The notes under the pieces: model-generated
What the model saw: the letters and a program-made list of their open reading frames with translations, nothing else
What the model was told of the DNA's origin: nothing
Databases searched by the model: none
NCBI RefSeq assembly: GCF_006345805.1
Contig: NC_043009.1
Location: forward strand, 38,068,001-38,132,000
Length of the DNA stretch: 64,000 bases
Direction of reading: 5' to 3'
Origin: Octopus sinensis
Lineage: Eukaryota
Made by a program: the position numbers and the translations under genes
Shown here: piece by piece, positions 1 through 13,479 of the stretch
Layout: each line of letters starts with the position of its first letter
Position numbering within the stretch: position 1 is the first letter of the stretch

Positions 1-95
1 GGGTCGATAAATTAAGTACCAGTTACGCACTGGGGTCGATATCTGTCCTTGTTTGTCCCCTCTGTGTTTAGCCCCTTGTGGGTGGTAAAGAAATA
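1..95 (+). mobile_element. SINE family B 3' part (cut by window edge)
   Basis: GGGTCGATAAATTAAGTACCAGTT...AGCCCCTTGTGGG..GTAAAGAAATA. Confidence 0.85.
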
Positions 96-663
96 ATTAC
101 TATAGCCTGGACTGACTGATGTCTTGAGAGTGAATTTGGTGGATGGAAACTGCACTAAATTCCATTGTCCACACACACACACACACACATGGAACAAGAA
201 TAAAAAAACATGGCAGGTTGAAAACAAAGAAACAGGGTACAGTAGGTTTACACTCAAGATATGTTTTGGGTATACATTCTTTCTTCTACAGAAACAATAA
301 AGTGAGACAAAATTGGAGACAGTGAAGGACAAACATGTCTCAAACAGACAGTCACTACATGTTGAAATGACCAGAAAAGGGTGCTACAGACACCCTCTCA
401 AAGTATTGGTTGGTCCAAGGCTATGGCAGAGGACACTTGTCCAAGGTGCTGTGCAATGGGATTGAACTTGAGTGAATTCCATATCTGCAGAGCCATGCCC
501 ATACCCAACTTTTTTTTGGGGGGGGTAGCTGAAGGATAAGCAGGTGGGAGAGGATAATGACCATTGCCTTTCAGCCCCTCCAAGACTTAGATACAGGTGT
601 AACTAGAAGAGATTAGATTAATTTGAACACATATTGGTTAGTAATTAATCATCATCATTGTCG

Positions 664-945
664 TCGTTTCGATGCTAGCATAGGTTGGACGGTTTGACTG
701 TGGGCTGGCGAACCAGATGGCTGCACCAGGCTCCAGTCTTGATCTGGCAGAGTTTCTACAGCTGGATGCCCTTCCTAACGCCAACCACTCCGAGAGTGTA
801 GTGGGTGCTTTTACGTACCACCGGCATGGGAGCCAGTCAGGCGGTACTGGCAAAGGCCTCGCTCGAATTTTTTTACACATGCCAACGGCACAGGTGCCAG
901 TAAGGCGATGCTGGTAACGATCCCGCTCGAATGGTGCCTCCTACA
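664..945 (-). mobile_element. Interspersed repeat family C (other copies ~21048-21300 opposite strand, ~24644-24900)
   Basis: Shared GGCAGAGTTTCTACAGCTGGATGCCCTTCCTAACGCCAACCACTCCGAGAGTGTAGTGGGT block; strand assigned by the position of the (ATG/CAT)n tail. Confidence 0.8.
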
Positions 946-1500
946 TGCCTACATACATGAAAAAAAAAATATTTGGCACAGATAAAATTCTGGGGGGATG
1001 CAACTCTATGGTGGGAAATAGAATTAGGTGAAACATTTAATTTGAACTCATTTGAGTAAATGAGATAGAGTAAGGCTGACAGAAAAGAGTAGATGCACTG
1101 AATGCCTTTAGAGAAAGCAATATAAGGTAAACAGAGACCATTAAAGAATTAGTACAACAGACAGTTTGAGGATGCAGACCAATGTTGAGTCAGCAGTTAG
1201 GAAGTATAAATAAGTTTTCTGTTTAATGGAGACACTGGTTCAGGTGTGTAAACAGTACTCTAGTGTAGGATAAAGTTTCATCTTGTATAAAAAAGTTAGT
1301 TGGTTTTCAGTGCCAAAATATTTTCTGATTTGGGGGAAATAAATTGAGACATTTTAATCCAGTCTTTGGTATGTGAAGAATGTGTAGCTGCCTTGAAAAC
1401 TTTTCAAAATCTGTAATGCCAAGTGTTTAGAAAAGGTGAGGATTTTACCAACCATCCTAAGACTTTTCTTGGTTCCATGATTTAAACTTCACGTTTTTTA

Positions 1501-1681
1501 CCCTTTGGTTACTAAACTGTTGTTGAAATACACTAATATTGTTTAAAATAGTTTAGTAAAATGGCTGCCATTATCAAGCTGGTGTTTGGGACATAGTTTA
1601 ATATTAAATTTTGATAACTTTTAAACAGGAATTCATATTATAGGACCAAGGCACAGTTCCAGGAAGGATGGTATCAAAAAT
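1501..1681. mobile_element. Degenerate piggyBac-type MITE (related fragment at ~12210-12400)
   Basis: TTTA|CCCTTTGGTTAC...GGTATCAAAAAT|TTAA; shared internal blocks with 12210-12400. Confidence 0.4.
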
Positions 1682-1716
1682 TTAAAGTGATCTAAATTAA
1701 AAGCTTTCATCATATA

Positions 1717-2048
1717 GGCGCAGGAGTGGCTGTGTAGTAAGTAGCTTGCTTACCAACCACATGGTTCTGGGTTCAATCCCACTGCGTGGCACCTTGGGCA
1801 AGTGTCTTCAACTATAGCCTCGGGCCAACAAAAGCCTTGTGAGTGGATTTGGTAGACGGAAACTGAAAGAAGCCCGTCATATATATATATATGTGTGTGT
1901 GTATTCACGTCCCCGTAACTTAGCAGTTTGGCAAATGAGACCGATAGAATAAATACCAGGCTTACAAAGAATAAGTACTGGGGTCAATTTGTTCGACTAA
2001 AGGTGGTGCTCCAGCATGGCCACAGTCAAATGACAAACAAATAAAAGA
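1717..2048 (+). mobile_element. tRNA-derived SINE family A
   Basis: GGCGCAGGAGTGGCTGTGT..GGTTC(A)ATCCC head (A/B boxes), internal (TA)(TG) run, tail GCATGGCC.CAGTCAAATGAC. Confidence 0.85.
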
Positions 2049-2945
2049 ATCTAAGTTTTGTGTAAATTTATGTTCCAAAATACCAACTTCATAATGACAA
2101 AATTATTTTACAAAATTCATCAACCATTTTCAAAATTAATTGAAATAAAAGGAGTGTATTTTAGTAGAAATATGGTAAGTAATGGGTTAATAAAAGTAAA
2201 TTCAATGTCATGGATATGTTTTCCCTGTTAAGATGTTTAGTGTTTGTCATTTTGGTGCTGTTGAAGCAAACTTGTTTGTTAAGTCTCCACAGTAGGATGT
2301 CTTCTTGAAAATATGTAGAGTTTGTGTGTGAACAAGAACTGATGACAGATAGTGAAGGAGTGTTGAGTGCTGTCAATTTGTCTGATGAACAGGTAAGAAT
2401 GTGTGTGTGTGTAATATGCGTGTGTATGTGTGTGTGCTTGGTGAGTAGGCGTGTGTTGATTGATGAGCAGAAAATGGTGAATAGATAGGTGACATGAAGA
2501 ATGTGTGTAAAGTGTTACCAAAATGTTAATACATAACCACGCCAAATCATGTTTCCAACAATTGTTTGTTTATTTTAAAATCTAAGCCACCCAACTCTAC
2601 AATTTTTTTTTTCTCTAATGGAATGAATCTTTCTTTAGCTTATACCTCCTTCAACTAAACACTTTGTTATTCGAATGTGTTGTGTTGTCATAAGCACCAT
2701 TCGGAAAAGCCAAATCAATGAATCACTCCATGTTGTAAGGTCTACCGAGAAGGTGACTCAGCTGGTTACCGAACAATACAAAAACCTTGAGATTGTCAGA
2801 GAGAGAGAGAGAGAGAGAGAAGATATAAATTCTTTTATTCTTTTTACTTATTTCGATCATTAGACTTTGGCCATGCTAGTGCACACTGATTTGAAGGGTT
2901 TCATCAAACAAATTGATTCTGGTACGTAGTTTGTAAGACTGTATA

Positions 2946-3175
2946 GGGTGGCGAACTGGCAGAAGCGTTTGCACGCCGAGCGAAATGCTTAGCGGTATTT
3001 TGTCTGCCGTTACGTTCTGAGTTCAAATTCCGCCGAGGTCGACTTTGCCTTTCATCCTTTCGGGGTCGATAAATTAAGTACCAGTTACGCACTGGGGTCG
3101 ATATAATCGACTTAATCCGTTTGTGTGTCCTTATTTGTCCTCTGTGTTTAGCCCCTTGTGGGTAGTAAAGAAATA
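2946..3175 (+). mobile_element. tRNA-derived SINE family B (central GCCTTTCATCCTTTCGGGGTCGATAAA.TAAGTACCAG domain, resembling the Meta-type conserved SINE domain)
   Basis: Head GGCGA.CTGGCAGAA..GTT.GCACGCC..GAGTTCAAATTCCGCC; domain naming is from memory. Confidence 0.85.
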
Positions 3176-3520
3176 TGTATTGCAAAACTACTAAATTGCA
3201 GAGATGTAAACAAACCAATACCAGTTGCCAAGTGGTGGCGGTGGGGGGAAGGGGCACAAACAGAAATTTAAAGATACAGACACACAACACTCGTATTAAT
3301 CTCACCAGTCTTGAAGGGGTTACAAAATCATGGGAACTGTCCCATCTTCTCTGATTATATAATAATAAAAAAAAAAAAAACAGAAAAAGGGGTTTGGTTT
3401 ACATATGCTGAAAGGCTGTAATAAAGTCAATAGTGATTGCAAGCAGGATAAGATGAAGGTGTGATGGCTTTTTATTGTCTGGGATTCACTGAATGGAATT
3501 TGGACATTTGGCATAGCTCG

Positions 3521-3909
3521 TTTACTTGTTTCAGTCATTTGACTGCGGCCATGCTGGAGTACTGCCTTTAATCGAGCAAATCAACCCCAGGACTTATTCT
3601 TTGTAAACCTAGTACTTATTTTATCGGTCTCTTTTGCCGAACCGCTAAGTTACGAGGACGTAAACACACCAAGCGATGTTGGGGGGACAAACACAAAAAC
3701 ATAATGTACACACACACATACACATATATATATATATATACACATACATATATACAATGGGCTTCTTTCAGTTTCCATCTACCAAATCCACTCACAAGGC
3801 CTTGGTTGGCCCAAGGCTATAGTAGAAGACACTTGCCCAAAGTGCCACACAGTGGGAATGAACCCGGAACCATGTGGTAAGCTACTTATCACACAACCAC
3901 TCCTGCGCC
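3521..3909 (-). mobile_element. tRNA-derived SINE family A
   Basis: Reverse complement of the 1717-2048 family, full length. Confidence 0.85.
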
Positions 3910-4193
3910 TAGCTACCAAACATACATGTCTTTTTTTTTTTTTGTTTTAGTGTATAATTCAGGTAAAATTACATCTGATGATGTATAGTAAGATATATAT
4001 ATGATAAGCACTTGGGTTGACTAGCTGCCTAAAACTCCAATGTGAACTGCAGCTAAAAGCAGGGATGTCAAGCTGCCTAGTGACAATGGGATACAAGCAG
4101 TTTTTCAATTGAGCAGGTACATGTATAATAGAATAAAGGTGCAAACAGGTGAACAAATGGTATCGAGTTAGATTATGACATTTATATATTTAA

Positions 4194-4410
4194 CCGTTTA
4201 GCATTTAAATTGGCCATATCTGGCCCAAATATTCTATCTGCTTTATGTTCAAACTGATCAGATCTGACCTCTCACACATACCCTACAATGTCATTTCAAA
4301 CAATCACATTATTGAAATCTTGAAGCTATGAGATAATGCATGATTAACTCAAAATAATTTGATTAAATAGCATTACATTTGACTGAGTAATTAAATTGAT
4401 TGCTAAAGGG
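4194..4410. mobile_element. piggyBac-type MITE
   Basis: TTAA|CCGTTTAGCA...TGCTAAAGGG|TTAA. Confidence 0.75.
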
Positions 4411-4559
4411 TTAAAAACGTGTGCGTTGAATTGTTATATGAGTATAAATCATAAGGAAGAACAAAGTAAGATGGTGAGCAAATAGGCCTTTACAGCTGTT
4501 TAGAGAATAGACGTGCAGGGTGCATTTTCCTATAAATGATTGGGAATGAACCTTCTTGT

Positions 4560-5170
4560 CTGCTCTAGGCACAAGGTTCTAAATTCTTTGGGAGAGGGCC
4601 AGCCGATTAGATCGACCCCAGTGTGCAACTGGTACTTAATTTATCGACTCCAAAAAAGATGAAAGGCAAAGTCGACCTCGGTGGAATTTGAACTCAGAAC
4701 GTAAAGACAAACAAAATACTGCTAAGTATTTCACCCAACATGCTAACGTTTCTTATTTCTTTATTGCCCACAATGAGGGTAAACAGAGGGGACAAACAAG
4801 GATAGACAAACGGATTAAGTCGATTACATTGACCCCAGTGTGCAACTGCTACTTAATTTATCAAGCCCGAAAGGATGAAAGGCAAAGTTGACCTTGGCAG
4901 AATTTGAACTCAGAACATAGCGGTAGACGAAATACCTATTTCTTTACTACCCACAAGGGGCTAAACACAGAGAGGACAAACAAGGACAGACAAAGGGATT
5001 AAGTCGATTATACCAATGCCAGTGCGTAAATGGTACTTATTTAATTGACCCCGAAAGGATGAAAGGCAAAGTCAACCTCGGCGGAATTTGAACTCACAAT
5101 GTAGCAGCAGACGAAATACCGCTAAGCATTTCACCCAGCATGCTAACGTTTCTGCCTGCTCGCCACCTTG
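4560..5170 (-). mobile_element. Three tandem SINE family B copies
   Basis: GAAAGGATGAAAGGCAAAGT.GACCT.GG..GAATTTGAACTCA repeated three times. Confidence 0.85.
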
Positions 5171-6296
5171 AATGAATACTGAGATAGCAATTTATGCGAA
5201 CCACATGAGAGAGAAATGTTTTAAAATTGATAGTGCAGTATTATTATTACTCAGTGTGCTAAAGTGTCTTGATATTTGTAATGACTGGATATGTAGTTAC
5301 TGTTGTGATGAAGTAGAATGCAGACATAGACGCTGTTCCATACACACATGTCAATGGTTCTTGAAGAGTGTGTGAATGTGTGTGTGTGTGTTCTCTATTG
5401 CTGCTGTTTACACTTGTTTGCGAGTTGAAACTGCAGCCATAGAATATAACAATGTTAAATAGAGAACAAATACCATCAACAAAAGGATCTGTCAATAAAA
5501 TACTAATTTGGCTTCAATGTGCTGCTTGTTTTACCAAACTTCTTTCCATAAAGTATCAGAGATTTGAACAAGAACTTTGTATTAATATCAACTGAAATAT
5601 CTTGTTCTTAAGAAAGAAAAGCATATATATATATATATATATATAATAATAGCTGATATGTGGGTTGGCTGGTTGGTTGATTTCTCTTACAGAATGAAAG
5701 AGAGATTGAGAGTTAGCATAAGAAGTAGGCAATGGCTAAAGGAATGCCACACACATACGATGAGAGGGGAGGAGAAAGAGAGAAGAAAGAAGAGAAAGAA
5801 GGGGGAGAGAAAGAAGGGAGGAGAGAAAGAAGGTAGGAGAGAAAGAGGAGAGAGAGAATAACTGACAGAGTATTTATGGGAGGAGTTATACATATGAAAA
5901 ATAAGAACTTCTCCATAAACGAATTACAACAGTGAATAGTATATTCACATTCAAAATCTATTGGAACATTAAGAATGAATAAGTATGTTATTATAGTGTT
6001 TAAATTTTATTTTAAAGTAATAAACATTTTTTCTTTTTAAAATTAGTATTCATTTAATTATCTTGAATAAGTTCCAAGAAATTTGACGAAAGTTAAATCA
6101 TAATTATTGTATGTATGCATACCATATTTCCTGATATTACCCATGGCGGCAAAAGCATACTTCCAAAATTACCCATCATACTCTAGGAATATATATCTTA
6201 CAGGAATATGAAGCCTCAATTTTTAAGAGAAAGTTGTTGCATTCCTGCCTTTTCCAGGTAATTTTTTTTATTACCAGATTCCAACCTGAGCCATGT

Positions 6297-6541
6297 GGAG
6301 GCACATGGCTTAATGGTTAAGATGTTGAACTCATGATCGTAAGGTTGTGGTTTTGATTCCTGGATCAAGTGATGCGTTGTGTTCTTGAGCAAAACACTTC
6401 ATTTCACCTTGCTCCAGTCCACTCAGCTGGCAAAAATGAGTAATCCTGCGACGGACTGGCGTCCCGTCCAGGTGGGGAATTCCTACGCCACTGAAACCGG
6501 GAAACCGGCCCTTATGTGACTGGCATGGCTCGAGAAGGAAC
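6297..6541 (+). mobile_element. tRNA-derived SINE with CORE-like segment
   Basis: GGAGGCACATGGC head; GTGTTCTTGAGCAAAACACTTCATTTCAC resembles CORE; tail shared with 51488-51778. Confidence 0.75.
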
Positions 6542-6690
6542 ATTTTTTTTTTTAACCTGAGCCACAGCAAGAAAGTCCACTCACCACACCTTTTGGTCCT
6601 ACATCACTACCACGAGGACCTGGATCAAGATGTTGATGTGTGATGATACTTTCTTCTTCTTTATACCACCATAAAGTGAGCTTCACACGA

Positions 6691-6750
6691 CTAATTTGGA
6701 TCCTTCCAGTTCAGGGTGGCACACACAGTGACCAGATAGCTGCAGCCAGG
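6691..6750 (-). mobile_element. Possible RTE LINE extreme 3' fragment
   Basis: CTGTGTGTGCCACCCTGAACTGGAAGG resembles the 3' end of the 24448-24624 fragment; short. Confidence 0.3.
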
Positions 6751-7204
6751 TTATTTGTAGTTTTAAGTGATTCTAATTAAAAATAATGATACTGAGGTGA
6801 TTTCTTGATTTTGTCATAAGACTGGTAGAAGTAAGTGCTATATCCAGAATCAGAACATAATTTCTGTGCTGGGAGTGTGATCAATGGAATTAACCCTCAT
6901 TATACTGAAAGTACTTTATTGATCCCAGAAGGACAACACAAAGTTGAAACCCTAGTATGATCTGGACCACAGATTGTAAATGAACATATAAATATAGCAA
7001 GGTGCTTTTTTTTTTTTTTTCCTTTTACAAAGTTCTATCATTTCCTCCATCTAACACTACCTAGGTAAAAGTACAATTTTGTGTTCAGCAAGAATCCTGA
7101 GAAACATTCTTGAAATATGAGGAGACTTGTTATAACCAAACCTCAAGACAACATCCCTGCTCACTAAGATAATATGTAATAGACAAAAAAGAATAATAAT
7201 AATA

Positions 7205-7655
7205 ACACTTTCTACTATAGGCAGAAGGCCTGAAATTTTGGGGGAGGGGTAGTTGATTCAAATTGACCCCTGTACTCAACTGGTACTCGGTTTATTGACC
7301 CTGAAAAGATGAAAGGCAAAGTCAACCTTGGTGGAATTTGAACTCTGATTGTAAAGACGCATGAAATTCTGCTAAGCCTTTTGCCCGGCATGCTAACGCT
7401 TCTGTCAGCTTGGCACCTTAAGAATAATGATAACAACCCTTTTTACTATAGGCATAAAGGCAGCAATTTTTAGGGAGTGGGGGAAGTTGATTACATTGAC
7501 TCCTGTGTTTAACTGGTACTTATTTCAATGATCCCAAAATGATGAAAGGCAAAGTAGACCTTGGCTGCATTTGAACTCAGAATGTGAAGAGCCAGAAGAA
7601 ATATCACAATGTACTTTGTCTGATGCGCTAATGATTCTACCAGCTTGCTGCCTCA
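7205..7655 (-). mobile_element. Two tandem SINE family B copies, CpG-decayed
   Basis: Same central domain twice, separated by an AAT-rich spacer. Confidence 0.8.
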
Positions 7656-8726
7656 ATAATAACAACACGAAGAAACTGACAAAGAGTGTAACAGGAAAAT
7701 GGAATCGATTCTGTTAAATACCTATGTAATATTAAGATCAATAGTGGATTTTTCCTCCACTCTTGCTTCATGGGATTTACAGGATACCAGCCATATTGTT
7801 ACATAGAGTAAAGAAGGCATAAGTTACGAAAGAGAAATGGCATACAATGAAAAAAAAAAAAGAAGAAAAAAATCGATATTCTATTTATGGATGATTTGAA
7901 GTTATTTGTAATGAACGTAGATCAAATAGACGCCTTAGTTCAAACAGTACAACGGTGGGGGTTTAGTGAAGACACTGGGTGGGTTGGTATTTGAGATTAA
8001 ACTGTGGAGGCTTGGTAACAAATAAGGAGAAATAGTGGAAAGTAATGGGATAAAAACAGAAAGGCAAGTAAATAAAACAGGTAAGTAGGCAGAAAGAGCT
8101 AAAAATACTCAGAAGTGATAGAATGGGATTAGCATGAAGAAAGTATTTAGACAAGATATACATAAAAAAACAAAAAAACAAAAAAATTCCTAAATCTAAA
8201 ATAAATAGTAAGGATTTAACTTTGGCCATAAACACATGCCAATTCTGTTTGGTGGGGTGGGGTGGGGGTAGAAGAGAGAAGTCTTAAAGAAAAAAAGTAA
8301 AAGAACAAGTTATATTTTGGATAAGAATATCCCAAAAAGCAATGCTTGATGAATTCATATAACCTGTCTGTGTAAAAGGAAAGGAAAAGATAAATTTATT
8401 GTGAAGAGTACATACAAATAGAGCAAGGAGAACAGTGTTGCATGATGTAAAAAGTAAGCCACCACTTGTGAACGATAAAGGTATGGTTTGCTTTTGCTAA
8501 TTGCGTCACAAGTCAGGAGCTTGTGCAGTAGTTGTGAGCAGACGTAGACAATGTTTTGCAACCTCAACCCAAACCAGTGGCACATCCTGGTTTCCATCAA
8601 CCAAATCCACTTACAAGGCTTTGGCCAGACTGGGGCTATAATAGAAAACACTTTGCCCAAGGTGCCATACAATGGGATTGACCCCTAAACTGAATGATTG
8701 GAAAGCAAAACTTAACCCCACAGCCT

Positions 8727-8940
8727 ATTTCTTTACTACCCACAAGGGGCTAAACATAGAGAGGACAAATAAGGGCAAACGGATTAAGTTGATTGCATCG
8801 ACCCCAGTGCATAACTGGTACTTATTTAATCGACCCCGAAAGGATGAAAGGCAAAGTCGACTTCGGCGGAATTTGAACTCAGAACGTAACGGCAAAGGAA
8901 ACACGGCTACGCATTCGCCCAGCGTGCTAACGTTTCTGCA
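8727..8940 (-). mobile_element. SINE family B
   Basis: Near-consensus central domain. Confidence 0.85.
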
Positions 8941-9180
8941 TGTGTGTATTTATTCTCATACAGCATGAATTGTTTGAAGTGAAGAGTTCCAAAGGTGACA
9001 AAGCTGAAAATAGTGATATAGATTTTTTTTCTTTATTCAGGGAAATCAGGGTCATTGAGTAAAAAGAAAAAAACCCTAATGGTTGAGCTTTTAGTAAGGA
9101 ATTTGGCCTTATCTGAAAAAAGGTCCAGGATAAAACTAACATATTTAATAGCATATATATATATATATATATATATGTGT

Positions 9181-9445
9181 GGAGGCGCAATGGCCCAGTG
9201 GTTAGGGCAGCAGACTCGCGGTCGTAGGATCGCGGTTTCGATTCCCAAGCCGGGCATTGTATTTATTGAGCAAAAACACCTAAAAGCTCCACGACGCTCC
9301 AGCAGGAGGGGGTGGTGGTGATCCCTGCTGTACTCTTTCTTCTGTTGGCCAGCGGAGTGGCTTCATTCAAAGGCTAAAACAATGCGAATGCATTGTGACC
9401 AGCGATGTGTAACAACATCTGATGGTCAGGTCGGTCACGTGATAT
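9181..9445 (+). mobile_element. tRNA-derived SINE family D
   Basis: GGAGGCGCAATGGCCCAGTGGTTAGGGCAGC...GGTTTCGATTCCC A/B boxes followed by a non-tRNA body. Confidence 0.78.
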
Positions 9446-9479
9446 ATATGTATGTATGTATGTATATATATTTATATAT

Positions 9480-9514
<35 letters not shown>

Positions 9515-10941
9515 ACAGATTTCAATGTAAGCTACTATAAGTTTCATATTCTGATAGTATAATAGTCAGATGAGGCTGTATGGCATAACAAGATTTGCAC
9601 AATAGTAGATCTGTATACCTGAGGAACTTAGTCTTGTGAGCCACATGACAATCTCACTAGTGTTGTAGGTAGAAAAAGCAACCTGTACACTCTGTAAAGT
9701 GATATCTAGAAAGTCTTCCAGCCACAGAAACCATTCCAGGGCAGATGATGTTAGAGCATAACCATTGTGGTCTGATCCATCAGATCCTATTTAGCTATCC
9801 AACTCATTTCAGCATAGAAGACAGGCATTAAAGCATGATGATGATGATGATGTTGTGGATTTATATGTGCGTATGAGTGTGTGTGTGTGTATAAGCACAC
9901 ACACACACATATATATATAAAGACTTCTGAATCCCTGTTATGTAGAATATGTTGAGAAAGAGTGAAAGCATAAATATAATTGATGAAAATTATGCAGGAA
10001 ACTGGCCAAGGAGGAGCACAGGAGAAGATACAGTGTAGTTATCTATTATAATCAGTGTGGAATGGAACGGAATGGAATGTATGATTTCTAAAGAAAAAAA
10101 GAAATGGTATTGTGGTGTAACTGAGAATGGAGAATTTGAGAAAATTCCAACCCACCCTTCCATAAGCAAATAGAAACCAGATATTGTTTGAGAGTGTGAA
10201 ATAAAAATGAGAAGGGTTATTAGGATTGAGATGAGGATACTGGAAAAATGTTGAAATGCAGCACAAGGCTGCAAGTATGGAAAAGAAATCATACTTGTAA
10301 ATACCACTAGCGATGGTATGCATGTTTCCGGTGTTGCTTGGAAATAATTCTGAGATTATAGTCCCCAGAGAGACAGCAACAACAAACAGTATCAGATGAT
10401 TTATTCTGAATATCATCAAATGATATATAAATAATTTGACTGAGATCATGTGTGGTTCAGACTGCATCTAATTTTTATCAGATGCAACTATCAAGATTGC
10501 CTCTTTTGGTTGTTGCATCCATATATATTCTAATCATCACCACCAGCATCTACTTTTTCATCCTTCCATGGGTCAGACTGAACTTGTTGAGGCAGACTTT
10601 TTACAGCTGGATTCTCTCCCTGTCACCAACCCTCATCTGTTTTCAAGCAAGGAGATATTTTCCCCTTGGCCAGAAATGTTTTTCAGGGGAGACATTGTAT
10701 GATGGTGACAATCACTTACAACAAACAAGTGATGCCAAGACGAGGGAACTCGAACACACATGACAGATTTCTTTCGTTTCTGTCTATCGATTCATTCATA
10801 GTTTTGCTTGACCCAGGAGTATTGTAGAAGGCATTTTGCATAAGGATCCAGACAGTGGAAATGAACCAGGAATCATGTATTTGAGAGGTGAATTTCATAA
10901 CCACACAGCAACTACACCTAACATATATATACACATACATT

Positions 10942-10978
<37 letters not shown>

Positions 10979-11638
10979 ATTACTTCATATGGTTTGTAAT
11001 CTTCTTAATGGTACGATTTTTACTGCAGTAGACAAATGATATATGTTCTATTAGACAAGGTGAAGCAAGGTTACAGTGTGACATAAGGTTTCAGACGATG
11101 CAATGTAAAAGCTCCAGACAAGTTGATGTAAGACTTCAGACAAGATGATATATGACTTTCAGACATGGATGGTAAACTTAATCCATCACTCAGCTTAACA
11201 CCACCATCTGGAACCTTGGTTGTCTATAGCAGTACATATGCCATTACAATAATTTGGTGCTTTGGTCTTGTTTTCGAGGATATCGTCTTACCTCATTCTC
11301 ACTGATCTCAAAGGATCAGCAAAGGGTCGTGAGCACCGCTTCCCTTCTTGATTATAAGATAAAAACACAGGGCTTCAGAGGATGTAAGGCAAAGGTTTAT
11401 ATAAGGAGATGCTAGAGCCCAGACAAGGTGATGCTTGGTTCTAGTTAGGGTGGCACCAAGTGCCAGACAAAACAATATAAAGCCAGACATATAAACTCAT
11501 GTGCCACCAAAACATGGCCACAAAGAGAGACTACTACAAGACAGAAAATCAACAAATAATGAAGTTAGTTTTCTACAATTTCAGTTTTGTAATAACTGTT
11601 TTATTTTAGTCACAATTATTTCTAACATCTACACAATA

Positions 11639-12029
11639 GACGCAGGAGTGGTTGTGTGGTAAGTAGCTTGCTAACCAACCACTTGGTTCCGGGTTCAGTC
11701 CCACTGCGTGGCATCTTGGGCAAGTGTCTTCTGTTATAGCCCCGGGCCGACCAATGCCTTGTGAGTGGATTTGGTAGACGGAAACTGAAAGAAGCCTGTT
11801 GTATATATATATATATGTATGTGTGTCTGTGTTTGTTCCCCTAGCATTGCTTGACAACCGATGCTGGTGTGGTTATGTCCCCGTTACTTAGCGGTTCGGC
11901 AAAAAGAGACCCATAGAATAAGTACTGGGCTTACAAAAAGAATAAGTCCCGGGGTCGAGTTGCTCGACTAAAGGCGGTGCTCCAGCATGGCCGCAGTCAA
12001 ATGACTGAAACAAGTAAAAGAGTAAAAGA
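11639..12029 (+). mobile_element. tRNA-derived SINE family A, well preserved
   Basis: Full head, core and tail with most CpGs retained. Confidence 0.88.
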
Positions 12030-12789
12030 ATATTTTAGATTTGTGGGGACAGAGGTATGATTTTAATGTGCAATACAAAAAAACCCAGTTCCAATATAGT
12101 TTTAAATAAGGCCTTGAAGTAAGGTTATGGACTCAGTCTGCAAAAACATAACTATTGCACCAAGGTGGTTCCTATTGGAATTATAGATTTTATGTCATGC
12201 AGTTAGCTATTCAACCATTTTGTTGCTGTGTTTCAATTCAAATAACAGTTTAAGTTAATTTTGAAAATGATAAAGAATTTAATAAAATAGCTTTGTCATT
12301 ATTAAGCTAGGGATCTGGAACATAAATTAACATGGCAATTTTGATGGAAAGTTTGGGTGAAAGAATCAGGGCTGGTCTCGGGCAGGTTGGTATCAAAAAC
12401 AGAAATAGTTTCAAATGAAAGGTCATTTACTAAAAAGATTGTTGCATTTTTCTTCAAATGGATTTCCAGTTTAGAGAATAAAAAAAAAGTAAGATGTAGA
12501 AACCTGTGACTAAGTCCATTACACAAGACATACATAGTCAAATATAATTCCAACACAACACTAAATATATGCATAAATATAGAATTATGTTAATATAACA
12601 TACATACACACCTGAAGATTGTGTAAATAATAGAGAAGTAATGAAATATGATAGATTGTATACACACACACACACACACATATATATAAAGTTAATCCAA
12701 ACATGAAAACACAACGAGAAAACAACAACGCGAGGACATGGAACAAATATAGTATTATTAGACGCTCAGGAAGGAAGAGAAGAAAGAGG

Positions 12790-12824
12790 GTTTTACGTTT
12801 CGAACGGAGCTCTTCATCAGAAAC
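12790..12824 (-). ncRNA. Minimal type I hammerhead ribozyme, intact core
   Basis: GUUU CUGAUGA A GAGC-UCC-GUUC GAAAC GUA AAAC: 4-bp helix I, 4-bp helix II, one extra A after A9, loopless palindromic ACGU helix III, cleavage triplet GUA. Confidence 0.8.
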
Positions 12825-13032
12825 ATAGGAAAAGGAAAGATCCAGAGAAGGGAAGACGGAGGAAAAAAAAAAAAAAAAATCGCCAACAGTACACACACGG
12901 TCACATTTTGAATCATATATATATATACTAGAGTAAGTACATAAATGTGAAACAAGGTGGAAAAAAAAAGTACTCAAATACCAGAGGTAGAGTAATATGC
13001 TTTATTTAAAAGCAGCAGAAATATAACAAAAG

Positions 13033-13070
13033 CTGTTACTCAGAATTTCACGTTCCCGTTTGTCAGACAG
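13033..13070 (-). ncRNA. Type I hammerhead motif with G8->A substitution
   Basis: CUGU CUGACAA ACG-GGAA-CGU GAAA UUC-U-GAG UA ACAG: 4-bp helix I, 3-bp helix II, near-palindromic helix III; CUGACGA->CUGACAA fits CpG decay. Confidence 0.7.
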
Positions 13071-13438
13071 TTTATATATATATACACACCAAAATCTCAA
13101 GAGGTATAGGAGGTGAATATATATTTATCTAACACATGACTTCCATAGGGTTACAGTTGTTTCACAAACTTCTTAATGTAGTATTAATTTCAACTGCACG
13201 ATTCTCTAAATCCACATCTTATACAACTCATTTATATCTATATGTGTGTGTGTGTGTATGTGTGTTGTCCAACCCATCCCAGCATGGAAGATAGTCTCCA
13301 TCTACCCAATTTCCTCCAAAACTTGTAATAAAGGACACTTTCATTAGATGTGGGATGGAACTCAGAATCTTGTGAATGAGCAGCAAACACCTTAACCATT
13401 CGGCCATATTGCAGGTCTCTCTCTCTCTCCACACCATG

Positions 13439-13479
<41 letters not shown>

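Larger units (their letters stand above)
12691..13072 (-). mobile_element. Non-autonomous Penelope-like (pLTR/retrozyme-type) element carrying two hammerhead motifs
   Basis: CpG-retaining insert in CpG-poor surroundings; contains hammerheads at 12790-12824 and 13033-13070 on the same strand. Confidence 0.65.

Noticed and set aside
6577-6700. Minus-strand exon ending GTG|gtgagt
   Set aside because: No acceptor in frame; the upstream part resembles an RTE 3' end.
8251-8268. G-quadruplex
   Set aside because: Only three runs of three or more G plus one GG; weak.
9181-9255. tRNA genes (also at 1717, 6297, 51700-51778)
   Set aside because: A/B boxes continue into SINE bodies found in many copies; no complete cloverleaf with acceptor stem.
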